DNA of 64,000 nt from an uncultured Bacilli bacterium (GCA_947626035.1 CANQQR010000002.1:37175-101174); one strand, 5' to 3'. Positions 7,812 to 17,054 are shown, counted from the first letter of the stretch. Notes: generated by a model not told the origin, from the letters alone. Program-made: numbers and translations.

Positions 7812-10800
7812 TCATTGCACCTTTCTAAATATTTGCTTACATCATAATAGTTTTGGCCAGTTGTAAACTTATCCATTAATATATCATAATCTGGCCTGTT
7901 TGGATTTAAACCGTGAATTTGGTTTTTTGTTTTATTCTTTCTAGTGACATCAAGAGTACAATATTCTATCATGTACCATTCTTCTCTAGTACGAGCTTGT
8001 TCATAAGTTAAATTTTCTTCAACGGGAACAAGATTAAGGTGAGCTCTGTAAGGATTATTTCTATGTCTATTTTTAGTAGCTATTTTGTTATTTGTTCTTC
8101 CAACATAATATTTTCCACATAGTTTACTATTTTTTTCCCATTGGTCTTCAGTACAATCAGTTAAAACATATACTAAATTATTTGTTTCTTCTTTCTTGTC
8201 TTTTTTCTTTTTCTTTTTCTTACTACTATTATTATTAAAATCTGGTATATCAATTGAATATGCTATGCTATCGTTATTTAAGTGAGATAATGCTACTAGT
8301 GCACAAGCTATTGTTGCTACAACTTTTATTGCGTTTTCAATAGCTTGCTCCGTAGCGATTGCTTCCATAATAAATTCACCAGTTATATCTTTATGATTAA
8401 TAGGGTTATTTGTACAGTATGTGAAGATATTATATGTTGTTACTACTTCTTCGTGACCGAAGAATTTATCAGCATTAATAAATCTTCCCCATTCTGGATT
8501 ATAGTATCTAGAATTTAAATAATATAATTTAGTTTCTTCGTCATAGTAATAACTTCTGTATCTAAATGGGTTAATAATTGCAATGTTATTTTTGTCAGTT
8601 ATTTCGTTATTTAAATTATCTTTTATTGATAGTATGTTACCATATGGGTCATATGTATAAGTAGCTATTAATTCATAGTTGCTGTTATATATTCCTATGA
8701 TGTCATTTTGTGAGTTTTTCTTATAGTAGTATGTTTCTCTACTGTTGTATTTAAATCCAATTAAATCTTCATTGCTGTTGTATATATAGTTTAGCATAAT
8801 GTTAGGCTTTTCTTCAAGTATAATTAAGTTATTTTCTAATTTGTAGTTAGTTATTATACCATCTACTTCTTTTGAAGTTCTTATTCCACTTAGGTCATAT
8901 GTGTATTTATAGTCGTTGTATGAAGATAGTTTTTTACCTTTTTCCCAAGTTAGAGTGTCATTTCCTATTGTTAATGGGTTACCTATAGTATCGTATGTTA
9001 TTTCTTTGTCATTGTATTTTGTTAGTAAATCTTCCCAATTTGAGTCATTATATTCAAATGTATCTGTTTTTAATAGTAAATTATTTAGGTTGTATGTTTT
9101 CTTTTCTGTGATGTTACCTTCTTTGTCATATACGTATTTGTATAGCAAATTATTTTGATAATCTTTTGCAGTTATTAATTCGTTAATGGTATCATATTCA
9201 TATTCATTTGCTATTTCTTCGTTTATGTATATTCTTGTAACATTATATAAATCGTCGTAGTGATATTTGTATGTATCATTATCTATTGTTATTTTGTTAA
9301 TGACTAGAGAAGTTTTGTTACCGTTAGACATATATTCGTAATCTATTTTTAAATTGTTGTTTATGTTTGTATTAGTTAGTCTGCCTAGGTTATCGTAAGT
9401 ATAATTTATTTCGTTTTCGTCTATTATTACTTTTACTAGGTTGTCGTCTTTGTCATATTCATATGTTATATTTTGGAATTCAATGTTATCTTTACTGTAT
9501 TTTTTATTTTGTATGTTGTTGTTTATATCATATGTGTATTTTATGTCAAAGTTGTTGCTTATGTATTTTTGTAGTCTTCTAGCAACGTCATAGTTATATA
9601 TGTGTGTTTCTTTATCATTTATTATTTTTGCTACATTACCAAAATTATCATATAGGAAATTATAGATGTTGTCATTTTTTGTTAATGTACTTATTCTGTT
9701 TAAAGAATCGTATGTATAAGATTCTTTAAATCCGTTACCATATGTTTTACTTTTTAAGTTACCATTGTTTTCTTCATATTCATATGATATTAATGTGTTA
9801 TTATTTATTTTTATTTCTTTAGTGTTTAGGAATTCGTCATATTCTATTTTGTAGTTTTTAGTTCCACTTTTTATGTTAGTTAAGCTGTCTAGGTCGTATG
9901 TGTATTCTATTGATTTGTTGTTATTTGTTACTTTTATTAGTTCTTCTCTATCATTATATTCTAGATATGTTGTGTCTCCTTTAGCATTTGTTATAGAATT
10001 TGTTAATCCGTTTTTTGTATTTATATCATATTTTGTTTCTTTACCTAAAGTGTCAACTACACTTGTTATGAATTTTCCATCTTCTGTATAGAATGATTTG
10101 CTTTCTATATATTCTTTTAATTCAGGGTCTTCTATGTAAAATTGATTATTATATAATTTTACATCTTTATCAGTAATAGTTAGTATTCCATTTTGATTTG
10201 ATAGATTTTTAAATACATCACTTTTTGTTATGAATGAATAACTACCATTTTCATTAGGATTTAGTATGTATAAAGAATAGTCGCTATTTTTTGTTAAAGT
10301 TATGTTGTTGTTATTTTCTTTTATAGCTTTACTACCTATTTTTAATTTATAGTATGTTTCATTGTCTATTTCTTCTTTTTCTAATTTAAATGCTGCTTTG
10401 TTACAATCTCCTGGTGCAAATTTGAATATATTTTCTTTTGGGTCGAAGTATAGATATTCATTTGTTCCTTTGCTTCTTATATTGTAGTTATGATTTTCTA
10501 TAATTTCATTATCTTTTAGTGTGTTTTTAATTATGGTATTAGTTGGGTTACCAAATGAGTCATATTTTATTTGATTAGTTATTCCTGTATCAGTTATTCC
10601 ACTTAAAATTCTGTTTGGTACTTTGTTATCATATTCGTATTTGAAACTATTTCCTTTAGGATTAAATTCGCTTATTAGTTGGTTTTTATCGTCATAGTTA
10701 AATTCACTTGAGTTGTTGTTTAGTCCTGTTGTTTTTATTACATTACCATTTTTGTCATATTCAAATATGTATGTTCTAGGGTCTTTTATTACCATTATGT

Positions 10801-13800
10801 CAGTTATGTATAGTGAGTTACATTCATTTAATGATAGTATTGTAAGATTTGCTGATTCAAAGTCTGCATTTGCTACAAATGTTGCATTAAAGTAAGTCCA
10901 TTCTTCACTACTTTGTTTTAGTCCTGTAAGAGGTGCACATGTTCCAAGTTCCCCATTTACGTGGTATAAGTTCATAAGTACGCTGTTGCCTTGTGATTCG
11001 TGAACATCTTTATATGGTGTAATTCCCTCGTTTTTGTACCAAAATGATACTCTAAATGTTTCTCCTTTTTTGCCAAATAGGTGGAAGTTATAACTTGCTG
11101 TAAATTGTTCTTCAGGATGGCTGTTAATTTTTAATGCTTTTTCTTCTTCATTTATGTTTACTACTTCATAAGTACAATAATTACTATTATTGAATGTCCA
11201 ACCTGTTGTTCTGTTAGTGAAGTCTGAATTTTCTACTAGATTTCTTTCATTTGCTACTTGACCAGTTTCTAATTGCATTTCGTCAATGAAGAAGAATGAT
11301 GCTGGAACTGCATCAAAAACGATTTTTAATTTTGAGTTAGCATGGAAGTAGCCAGTAAATGTGTATTTATCAAACTCTGTTATTTGTCCAAGATTTGGAA
11401 CTGTTCTTATGTAATATTTATCTACTTCTGTTTCTACGTCGTCAAGCACTTCTATTAATCTTATATCTACATAACCGTCATAAGGAAGGTCTGGTCTTAT
11501 GTTAAGAGATAATGTGTAATAATTACTTTCTGTTATGTTATATGTAATATAAGCTTTTCTTGCTATGTGTAGACAATAGTTTTCGTCATTTGGGTATTTG
11601 CTTTGTCGACCATATGTTCCAAATATATCGAAGTTACATTCTTCAAGTGGTCTTTCAAAGTCGCTATTTATAAGAAGATTGTTTGTGTATTTAATGAATG
11701 GTGCATTTTTAGTTGGTTTATTTTTTAAATTTGTATTTTCACTTGTAACATATTCATTATAATAATCTGTTGATTCATAATATGCTTCTTTTATTTTATT
11801 TGTATTTTTAGTGTATATTGTTTTTCCAGTACTATTACCATTAGCATTAAAGGTATAAACTGATTTAATTCCTAAATTGTTTATGATAGTTGTATTTGTG
11901 TCGTTGTAAGTAAATGATAATGACATTCCATCATTATTATTGATGCTTTTTTCAGTTACTTTTTTAATTTTATAAGGAGATGCATCATAATATTCAAAAT
12001 CAAAAGATAAGTTATCAATGTCTGTTATTTTTGTTATTATATTGTTTTCGTTATAAGTAGATTTAGTTATACCATCTAATACTTTGATACTTGTTAATTT
12101 ATTGTTATCTATTGTGATAGTTGATGTTTCATAGTTACTAGTAATGGTTATATTGTTAGTACTATATGTTATATTTATTTCTTCATTGTTTCCGTCTGTG
12201 ATTTTTGATATTAGGCCATTTTCATATGCAATATTTATTTCGCTGTTTTCTGTATTTACAATTTTTGTTAAACGGTATTTATCATTTATGTTTGTATATA
12301 CTTTTTTGTTTCCTATTTTATCTGTTAGAGTATATTCATTGTTTTCATAAACAATGTCCATATTCATACCATCTTCGTCATGGTATTTGTTTTCTTCTTT
12401 TTTGTAAAAGTAATAACTTGCTCCAGTATCACTAGTTAATCTTAAATACTCTAATGTATCTAGTTGTTCTTTTTCTATGGTTTCTTCTAAACTAAATTTC
12501 CAACCTTTGCATATTCCTGATTCAGTGTTCATGATTACATTTTGCGTATTATAAATAACATTTAAAGTTACTGGGAATTTTCCACTAATTGTTTGGTTAA
12601 CATAAAATAAAGATGTTAGGTTTCCTGTTTTATTGTTTACATAACAATCTCCATTACTTAGTGCTACATTCGCATAATCAATATAGTCAAGTAGACCATT
12701 TTGATCTCTATATGTAATTGTTAAGTATGGTCTTCTTGGGGTTTCTTCTACTTCTAAATAGTCATGATATTTTGAATAACATTCATATTCGTTGAAGTTT
12801 TCGTCTATTGTTTCTGTTACCCATTTTAGCATTATTCCATTGTTTTTTGAACCTGCATACCATTTTTTTACAATTGATGTTATATCAAAGGTAGTTGTAT
12901 TTGCTAATACTTGTGTTCTTGATGGGTAAAAATATGTTTCATATTTTTTATTATAGTTTTCACTCATGTTGTTCCAAGTAGCAGTTGTTTCATCCCATTC
13001 AGTTGTTATTTCATGTACTGCGATTTTTCTATCTATTCCGTATAGTGGTCTATTTGGAAATGAGTATAGATTTACTTGTGCATTAACGATGTCAAAACTT
13101 GTACCAATTGTAGGTAGTATGAATTTTAGTAGTGCTCGGTAAATTACATTTTCTTTTGAACAACCGATTATAAGTTTATAATTTCGGTCGAAGTTATTAT
13201 TTGGTTCTGCATTTGATATAAATGTGTCATATACATTTTCGCCGTTTTTAGTAATTGTTGGGTCTATAGTTACTGGGTATATTATTTGTTCTTCCATTAG
13301 CCAGTTTGTATCTAGGTTTAATGTTAAAAGATATGTGTTATTTGGTTCTTTTTCTAAAGTATAGAATATGTTTTTATTTATTTTGTTTTGTTTATCTATC
13401 ATAAATGGTGCTTCTATTGTGAATATTATTTCATTATTATTTGTTGCTTCTATAGTTTTATTTTCTTTTAATGATAGATTTAAATCAGTTTCAATTATAA
13501 ATTCTAATTTTTCTTTTATATCGTTTTTGTTATGTAGTATAATGTTTTCTTTTAATTTTGAAGATATTACTTTATAATTTATATCTATGTTTTTAAATAC
13601 ATCTTTATATGTTATATTTTCTTTATCTTTAATTAAGTTTAAGTTGTTATTGTTTTTGATGTATGTTTTTATGAAGTGATTATCATTAGTAAGTGTTACT
13701 AATTCATTATTATTTTTATTGAATTTTGTTTTAAAACTATTATATTTGTTTTCAAAATATTCGCCTTTATCTACTAATGTGTTATCTATTTCTCTATAAA

Positions 13801-13912
13801 CACCATTATTTAAATAGTGGATGTCATTGTTATATATTTGTGCTGTTATTGTTCCATCTTCATTTAAATAATGTTTTACTTTTCTTTCTCTTAATGTTTT
13901 TAATTCTTTCAT
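7808..13912 (-). CDS. RHS / YD-repeat polymorphic toxin (2034 aa) with a variable C-terminal toxin domain (possibly GIY-YIG/URI-like nuclease)
   Basis: Dozens of YD repeats (YDxxGN..., YTYDxxxRL..., YEYDxxNxL). The RHS-core end motif is present (PFRYRSYYYDEETKLYYLNSRYYNPEWGRFINADKF). A K-rich linker (SSKKKKKKKDKKEE) precedes a ~150-aa C-terminal domain with GIY-YIG-like spacing (VYVLTD...KYYVGRT...NRHRN...E...E..YMIEY...N). No N-terminal signal peptide, transmembrane segment or LXG motif is seen. Confidence 0.9.
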   Translation of the reverse strand: MKELKTLRERKVKHYLNEDGTITAQIYNNDIHYLNNGVYREIDNTLVDKGEYFENKYNSFKTKFNKNNNELVTLTNDNHFIKTYIKNNNNLNLIKDKENITYKDVFKNIDINYKVISSKLKENIILHNKNDIKEKLEFIIETDLNLSLKENKTIEATNNNEIIFTIEAPFMIDKQNKINKNIFYTLEKEPNNTYLLTLNLDTNWLMEEQIIYPVTIDPTITKNGENVYDTFISNAEPNNNFDRNYKLIIGCSKENVIYRALLKFILPTIGTSFDIVNAQVNLYSFPNRPLYGIDRKIAVHEITTEWDETTATWNNMSENYNKKYETYFYPSRTQVLANTTTFDITSIVKKWYAGSKNNGIMLKWVTETIDENFNEYECYSKYHDYLEVEETPRRPYLTITYRDQNGLLDYIDYANVALSNGDCYVNNKTGNLTSLFYVNQTISGKFPVTLNVIYNTQNVIMNTESGICKGWKFSLEETIEKEQLDTLEYLRLTSDTGASYYFYKKEENKYHDEDGMNMDIVYENNEYTLTDKIGNKKVYTNINDKYRLTKIVNTENSEINIAYENGLISKITDGNNEEINITYSTNNITITSNYETSTITIDNNKLTSIKVLDGITKSTYNENNIITKITDIDNLSFDFEYYDASPYKIKKVTEKSINNNDGMSLSFTYNDTNTTIINNLGIKSVYTFNANGNSTGKTIYTKNTNKIKEAYYESTDYYNEYVTSENTNLKNKPTKNAPFIKYTNNLLINSDFERPLEECNFDIFGTYGRQSKYPNDENYCLHIARKAYITYNITESNYYTLSLNIRPDLPYDGYVDIRLIEVLDDVETEVDKYYIRTVPNLGQITEFDKYTFTGYFHANSKLKIVFDAVPASFFFIDEMQLETGQVANERNLVENSDFTNRTTGWTFNNSNYCTYEVVNINEEEKALKINSHPEEQFTASYNFHLFGKKGETFRVSFWYKNEGITPYKDVHESQGNSVLMNLYHVNGELGTCAPLTGLKQSSEEWTYFNATFVANADFESANLTILSLNECNSLYITDIMVIKDPRTYIFEYDKNGNVIKTTGLNNNSSEFNYDDKNQLISEFNPKGNSFKYEYDNKVPNRILSGITDTGITNQIKYDSFGNPTNTIIKNTLKDNEIIENHNYNIRSKGTNEYLYFDPKENIFKFAPGDCNKAAFKLEKEEIDNETYYKLKIGSKAIKENNNNITLTKNSDYSLYILNPNENGSYSFITKSDVFKNLSNQNGILTITDKDVKLYNNQFYIEDPELKEYIESKSFYTEDGKFITSVVDTLGKETKYDINTKNGLTNSITNAKGDTTYLEYNDREELIKVTNNNKSIEYTYDLDSLTNIKSGTKNYKIEYDEFLNTKEIKINNNTLISYEYEENNGNLKSKTYGNGFKESYTYDSLNRISTLTKNDNIYNFLYDNFGNVAKIINDKETHIYNYDVARRLQKYISNNFDIKYTYDINNNIQNKKYSKDNIEFQNITYEYDKDDNLVKVIIDENEINYTYDNLGRLTNTNINNNLKIDYEYMSNGNKTSLVINKITIDNDTYKYHYDDLYNVTRIYINEEIANEYEYDTINELITAKDYQNNLLYKYVYDKEGNITEKKTYNLNNLLLKTDTFEYNDSNWEDLLTKYNDKEITYDTIGNPLTIGNDTLTWEKGKKLSSYNDYKYTYDLSGIRTSKEVDGIITNYKLENNLIILEEKPNIMLNYIYNSNEDLIGFKYNSRETYYYKKNSQNDIIGIYNSNYELIATYTYDPYGNILSIKDNLNNEITDKNNIAIINPFRYRSYYYDEETKLYYLNSRYYNPEWGRFINADKFFGHEEVVTTYNIFTYCTNNPINHKDITGEFIMEAIATEQAIENAIKVVATIACALVALSHLNNDSIAYSIDIPDFNNNSSKKKKKKKDKKEETNNLVYVLTDCTEDQWEKNSKLCGKYYVGRTNNKIATKNRHRNNPYRAHLNLVPVEENLTYEQARTREEWYMIEYCTLDVTRKNKTKNQIHGLNPNRPDYDILMDKFTTGQNYYDVSKYLERCNE

Positions 13913-13927
13913 ATGTTCTCCTTTCGT

Positions 13928-14554
13928 TTATGCTGTTCTTTTCCAAATGTATACGGCTAGGTATGGTGGCATATTGTTGTGTTCTTTATTACCACCTGTT
14001 TTACCTGTTCCTACATTTTCGCCTGTATAATTGTATCTAGTTCCACTAAAGAATTTACCAGCTGAGGTTCCGTTTCCTTTTCCTCCAAGTAGTGTGTATG
14101 GTACCGGATTTCCTGTATCGTCGATTATTTCGTCGTGTAAATGTGATGGCATTTCGTCAATAGTTAGTTTATGATTTTTTTCTCCACCTGTTTTTTCTAA
14201 TTCATTAAAGTCGGTATCGTCTTCGTCGATTCCAACTAAGGTTCTACCTTTAGCAAATCTTTCCCATGTTCCACCAAATAAGGTACTAGGGTTAATATTA
14301 TTTGCAGTAAAATAAATAGAGCCTACTGGGTATATTGCATCAAAGTCAGTATTTCCAGTAGAACTCTCGCTTGTTGTTAGTACACTATTACAGGTAATGT
14401 TACCCATCGAGTCAATTCTAAAGTTACCTGTTGTACTACTTAAACATTTTGCTTTTAATTCATTAAATTCAGCATTTATTCCATCGCCAGTTTCAGTAAA
14501 ACAATCTTTAAAATAAATGTCGTCTAGTGTTAATATTTCTTTATTTTCTTCCAT
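13928..14554 (-). CDS. Phage tail-collar domain protein (MdpB-like), paralog 2
   Basis: 208 aa. IYPVGSIYFTANNINPSTLFGGTWERFAKGRTLVG...EKTGGEKNHKLTIDEMPSHLH matches the phage tail collar (Collar) domain pattern P.G.I....GW...DG........L.GR...G....G.E.H.LT..EMP.H.H. The N-terminal 62 aa are identical to the upstream paralog. It is followed 15 nt later by the RHS start. Confidence 0.75.
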   Translation of the reverse strand: MEENKEILTLDDIYFKDCFTETGDGINAEFNELKAKCLSSTTGNFRIDSMGNITCNSVLTTSESSTGNTDFDAIYPVGSIYFTANNINPSTLFGGTWERFAKGRTLVGIDEDDTDFNELEKTGGEKNHKLTIDEMPSHLHDEIIDDTGNPVPYTLLGGKGNGTSAGKFFSGTRYNYTGENVGTGKTGGNKEHNNMPPYLAVYIWKRTA

Positions 14555-14572
14555 TGTTTTTTTTCCTTTCGT

Positions 14573-15157
14573 TTATGCTGTTCTTTTCCACATGTAACAA
14601 GTGATGTATGGTTGTAAGTTACCTGAGTCTCCTGTTCCTGAGTTATCAACATAGCCGTGATATGTATTTGATGCGCTTTCTGGCATAACGTCATATTTTA
14701 ATCTCATTACACCATCAACCCATTCAGCTTCGCCATCAGGACTTCTATAAAAGTGGTGGTTGTGTTTTTGTAAGTATTTACTTCCGCCTGTTTTTTCTAC
14801 TTCATTAAATTCTGTTTGGTTTTTGTCTACCCCTACTAAGGTTCTTCCTATTGCGAATGATTCCCATGTTCCACCAAAGTAAGTGCTAGGGTTAATATCA
14901 TTTATTGATATATAAATAGAACCTACTGGGTATATTGTGTCAAAGGTAATACCTGTGCCTGTAGGATTATCACTTGTTGTTAGTACACTATTACAAGTAA
15001 TGTTACCCATTGAGTCAATTCTAAAGTTACCTGTTGTACTGCTTAAACATTTTGCTTTTAGTTCATTAAATTCGGCATTTATTCCATCGCCTGTTTCAGT
15101 AAAACAGTCTTTAAAATAAATGTCGTCTAGTGTTAATATTTCTTTATTTTCTGCCAT
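14573..15157 (-). CDS. Phage tail-collar domain protein (MdpB-like), paralog 1; first gene of the operon
   Basis: 194 aa. It has the same collar-domain signature (IYPVGSIYISINDINPSTYFGGTWESFAIGRTLVG...EKTGGSKY). An AAAGGAGG ribosome-binding site is present. The downstream intergenic segment with its ribosome-binding site (tcctttcgtttatgctgttcttttcc) is duplicated after both paralogs. Confidence 0.75.
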   Translation of the reverse strand: MAENKEILTLDDIYFKDCFTETGDGINAEFNELKAKCLSSTTGNFRIDSMGNITCNSVLTTSDNPTGTGITFDTIYPVGSIYISINDINPSTYFGGTWESFAIGRTLVGVDKNQTEFNEVEKTGGSKYLQKHNHHFYRSPDGEAEWVDGVMRLKYDVMPESASNTYHGYVDNSGTGDSGNLQPYITCYMWKRTA

Positions 15158-15221
15158 TTTTGTTCCTCCTTTTTTTGAAAATAAATTTTTGTTTTGTTTT
15201 AAGTTTTCATGTGTTCCACCT

Positions 15222-15269
15222 CCAAAATAAAAAATGAATTAATCTCTTCTTTCGATAATTAATTCATTT
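15222..15269 (-). terminator. Intrinsic terminator (11-12-bp perfect stem aatgaattaat/attaattcatt, 14-nt loop) downstream of the oxidoreductase-like gene
   Basis: Inverted repeat at 15233-15243 and 15258-15268. It is followed on the minus strand by UUUUAUUUUGG. Confidence 0.6.
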
Positions 15270-15316
15270 TACTACATTATAAATCATGTATTTTTAAAGT
15301 AAATATTATTTTTGTT

Positions 15317-17026
15317 TTAGTTTTGTATTAATTTGTTTAGTAAAGTTATTACTTTTATATTTTTTAAGTTTATGATTAGAGATAATACTTTAAAATATAA
15401 TGTTATTAATAATTTGTTAGATTTGCTTTTATATAGTAAAGGTGTTACTATTTCTTTAGTTTTGTTATCTTTTATGTATAGATATGTTTCATATAAATCA
15501 TTTTTGTCTATGTGATTTAGTATTATTCCATATTCCATGTTTAGTTTATTTGTTTCATATACGTCTAGTAGTGTTCTTTCTTCATTTTTATTTATTTTTG
15601 TTATGTACATTTTTAGATATTCTATATATTTGTTTTTATTTGCTATTTCTATGTTTATGTCTTTATGTTTTACTGTGCTTAACATGCAGCTTGTTAGGAT
15701 GTTTATGTTTTCTTCTTCTCCATCTAGTGTTCTTATTTTTGTGTCTTTTAGAAATTCTTTTATCATTTTTTCTCTTGATAATTCATTGTAGCCTTGCATG
15801 TTTTGTTTTTCTTTTTCAGTATATAAGCTACCTAATGTTATTCTTTCAAATGGTTTACCTCCGATTATGTCTGTGTTTCTATAGATGTCTATATCAAAGT
15901 GTTCTAGTCCTCCTGTTGTTTCTTCGTTATCAGTTCTGTCTTTTATTTCTTTTGATTGATAACTATGTATTTGTATGTTTAGAAGTGTTCCTACTTCTAT
16001 GTTTATTCTTTCGTGTCTTACTCTACCGTTTTTTTTGTAAAATTCACGAGTTTTAATCCATCCTCTTCTAGAAAAACCATAGTGAAGTAAGTTTAGTGTG
16101 GCGGTTGTTATTGTTTTGTTATTATTATTTTTAAATGTTAGTAAGCCATAAAAATTTTTTTCTCCCATTTTTTTAAAGGATTTGTGTTTTGTTTTATAGT
16201 AATCTGGTATTTCTTGGTCTTTAAATATGTTTTCTATATCTTTGTATGTACATATTGCAAGTTCGTCTTCTGGTGTGAATGTTTCTGATTTTACGTAACC
16301 TTTTGTTATTTTTTTATTTTTATCTTTTATTAAGTCATTTATTTTTAAGAAGTCACTTAGTAAGTCAATAAAGTGGTAGCCACTGTGGAATAGTTTACCA
16401 TATTGATATTTGTATGGATGGTTTTCTTTTAGCATGTCGTGAGGTAATTCCCAAGCTCCATCACAGTGGAATATATCTATATAAGTTATAGGTATTTGGT
16501 ATTTTTCTACTACTTCTTTTAATATTTTTTTTACGTATATGTACCCGCGATGGTATCTTCTTTGACATAGTACTGTGCAACTGGTGTTACTTTGATTTTC
16601 TAATTTTAGTAAGTTTTGATATTCTTTTTTTACTTTTTTTATCTTTTTTATGTTGTGCATTTTTTTGTTTACTGTTAGTGGTTTATCAGTTAGTACTTTT
16701 ATTTTGTTTTTTAAAGCAAATTCTATGTACATGTTGTGTGCTTTTGGTTCTGTTGATATTATTATGTGTGTTATGTTTTCTTTTTCACATATGAAAGATA
16801 AGTTATTGTAGTCATATTTTTTTAAGTGAAGATTATCTTTGTATTTGTCTTTGATTAAGTATATTTTAGTGTTTTTGAATCCCTCCTCTTTTAAAAAGTT
16901 TTCTATTTCTTCTTTTTTAGAATATAAATCAATTATTAATTTTAGATTGATTTTGTATTTTTTTATGTAATTAATATATATTCTTTTTGCATGTGGTCCT
17001 AGACCGATTAATGCAATATTTGTCAT
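15317..17026 (-). CDS. Large protein with N-terminal Gfo/Idh/MocA-type NAD(P)-binding oxidoreductase domain; C-terminal ~350 aa of unknown function
   Basis: MTNIALIGLGPHAKRIYINY... Rossmann motif (GxGxxA/G) typical of Gfo/Idh/MocA. 569 aa. Its ribosome-binding site (aaggagat) is embedded in the 3' arm of the upstream terminator hairpin. Confidence 0.55.
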   Translation of the reverse strand: MTNIALIGLGPHAKRIYINYIKKYKINLKLIIDLYSKKEEIENFLKEEGFKNTKIYLIKDKYKDNLHLKKYDYNNLSFICEKENITHIIISTEPKAHNMYIEFALKNKIKVLTDKPLTVNKKMHNIKKIKKVKKEYQNLLKLENQSNTSCTVLCQRRYHRGYIYVKKILKEVVEKYQIPITYIDIFHCDGAWELPHDMLKENHPYKYQYGKLFHSGYHFIDLLSDFLKINDLIKDKNKKITKGYVKSETFTPEDELAICTYKDIENIFKDQEIPDYYKTKHKSFKKMGEKNFYGLLTFKNNNNKTITTATLNLLHYGFSRRGWIKTREFYKKNGRVRHERINIEVGTLLNIQIHSYQSKEIKDRTDNEETTGGLEHFDIDIYRNTDIIGGKPFERITLGSLYTEKEKQNMQGYNELSREKMIKEFLKDTKIRTLDGEEENINILTSCMLSTVKHKDINIEIANKNKYIEYLKMYITKINKNEERTLLDVYETNKLNMEYGIILNHIDKNDLYETYLYIKDNKTKEIVTPLLYKSKSNKLLITLYFKVLSLIINLKNIKVITLLNKLIQN

Positions 17027-17054
17027 ATAAAAATCTCCTTTCCGACAAGGAGAT
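17024..17054 (-). terminator. Intrinsic terminator after the LysR gene (8-bp stem atctcctt/aaggagat, loop tccgac, U-tract) that also contains the SD of the downstream gene
   Basis: Read directly at 17033-17054. The U-tract (uuuuaua) runs into the ATG at 17026. Confidence 0.55.

Noticed and set aside
8190-8235. Poly-T/poly-A-like tract inside the RHS gene (encoding the KKKKKKK linker) as a possible slipped-strand phase-variation site
   Set aside because: The tract is interrupted (tttttcttttttctttttcttttt...) rather than a pure homopolymer. The reading frame is intact. There is no evidence of phase variation from a single sequence.
4938-15157. Interpretation of the RHS-holin locus as part of an intact prophage
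   Set aside because: No terminase, portal, capsid, tape-measure or integrase genes occur anywhere in the 64-kb window. The block is flanked by core genes (dxs; smc/rnc). It is therefore at most a domesticated remnant. This interpretation is kept as an alternative explanation in the main finding rather than as a feature.
15484-16056. 190-aa and other plus-strand ORFs rich in L/F/C (also 19211..19627, 19628..19915, 20566..21198, 20840..21139, 28977..29342, 29863..30201, 33698..34150, 41102..41893, 44979..45365, 46116..46541, 47751..48116 and similar)
   Set aside because: All are antisense to well-supported minus-strand genes (oxidoreductase, smc, secDF, dnaE, CDF/polA, polC). Their composition is what is expected from reading AT-rich coding DNA backwards (poly-Leu/Phe/Ser). 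No ribosome-binding sites or motifs are present.
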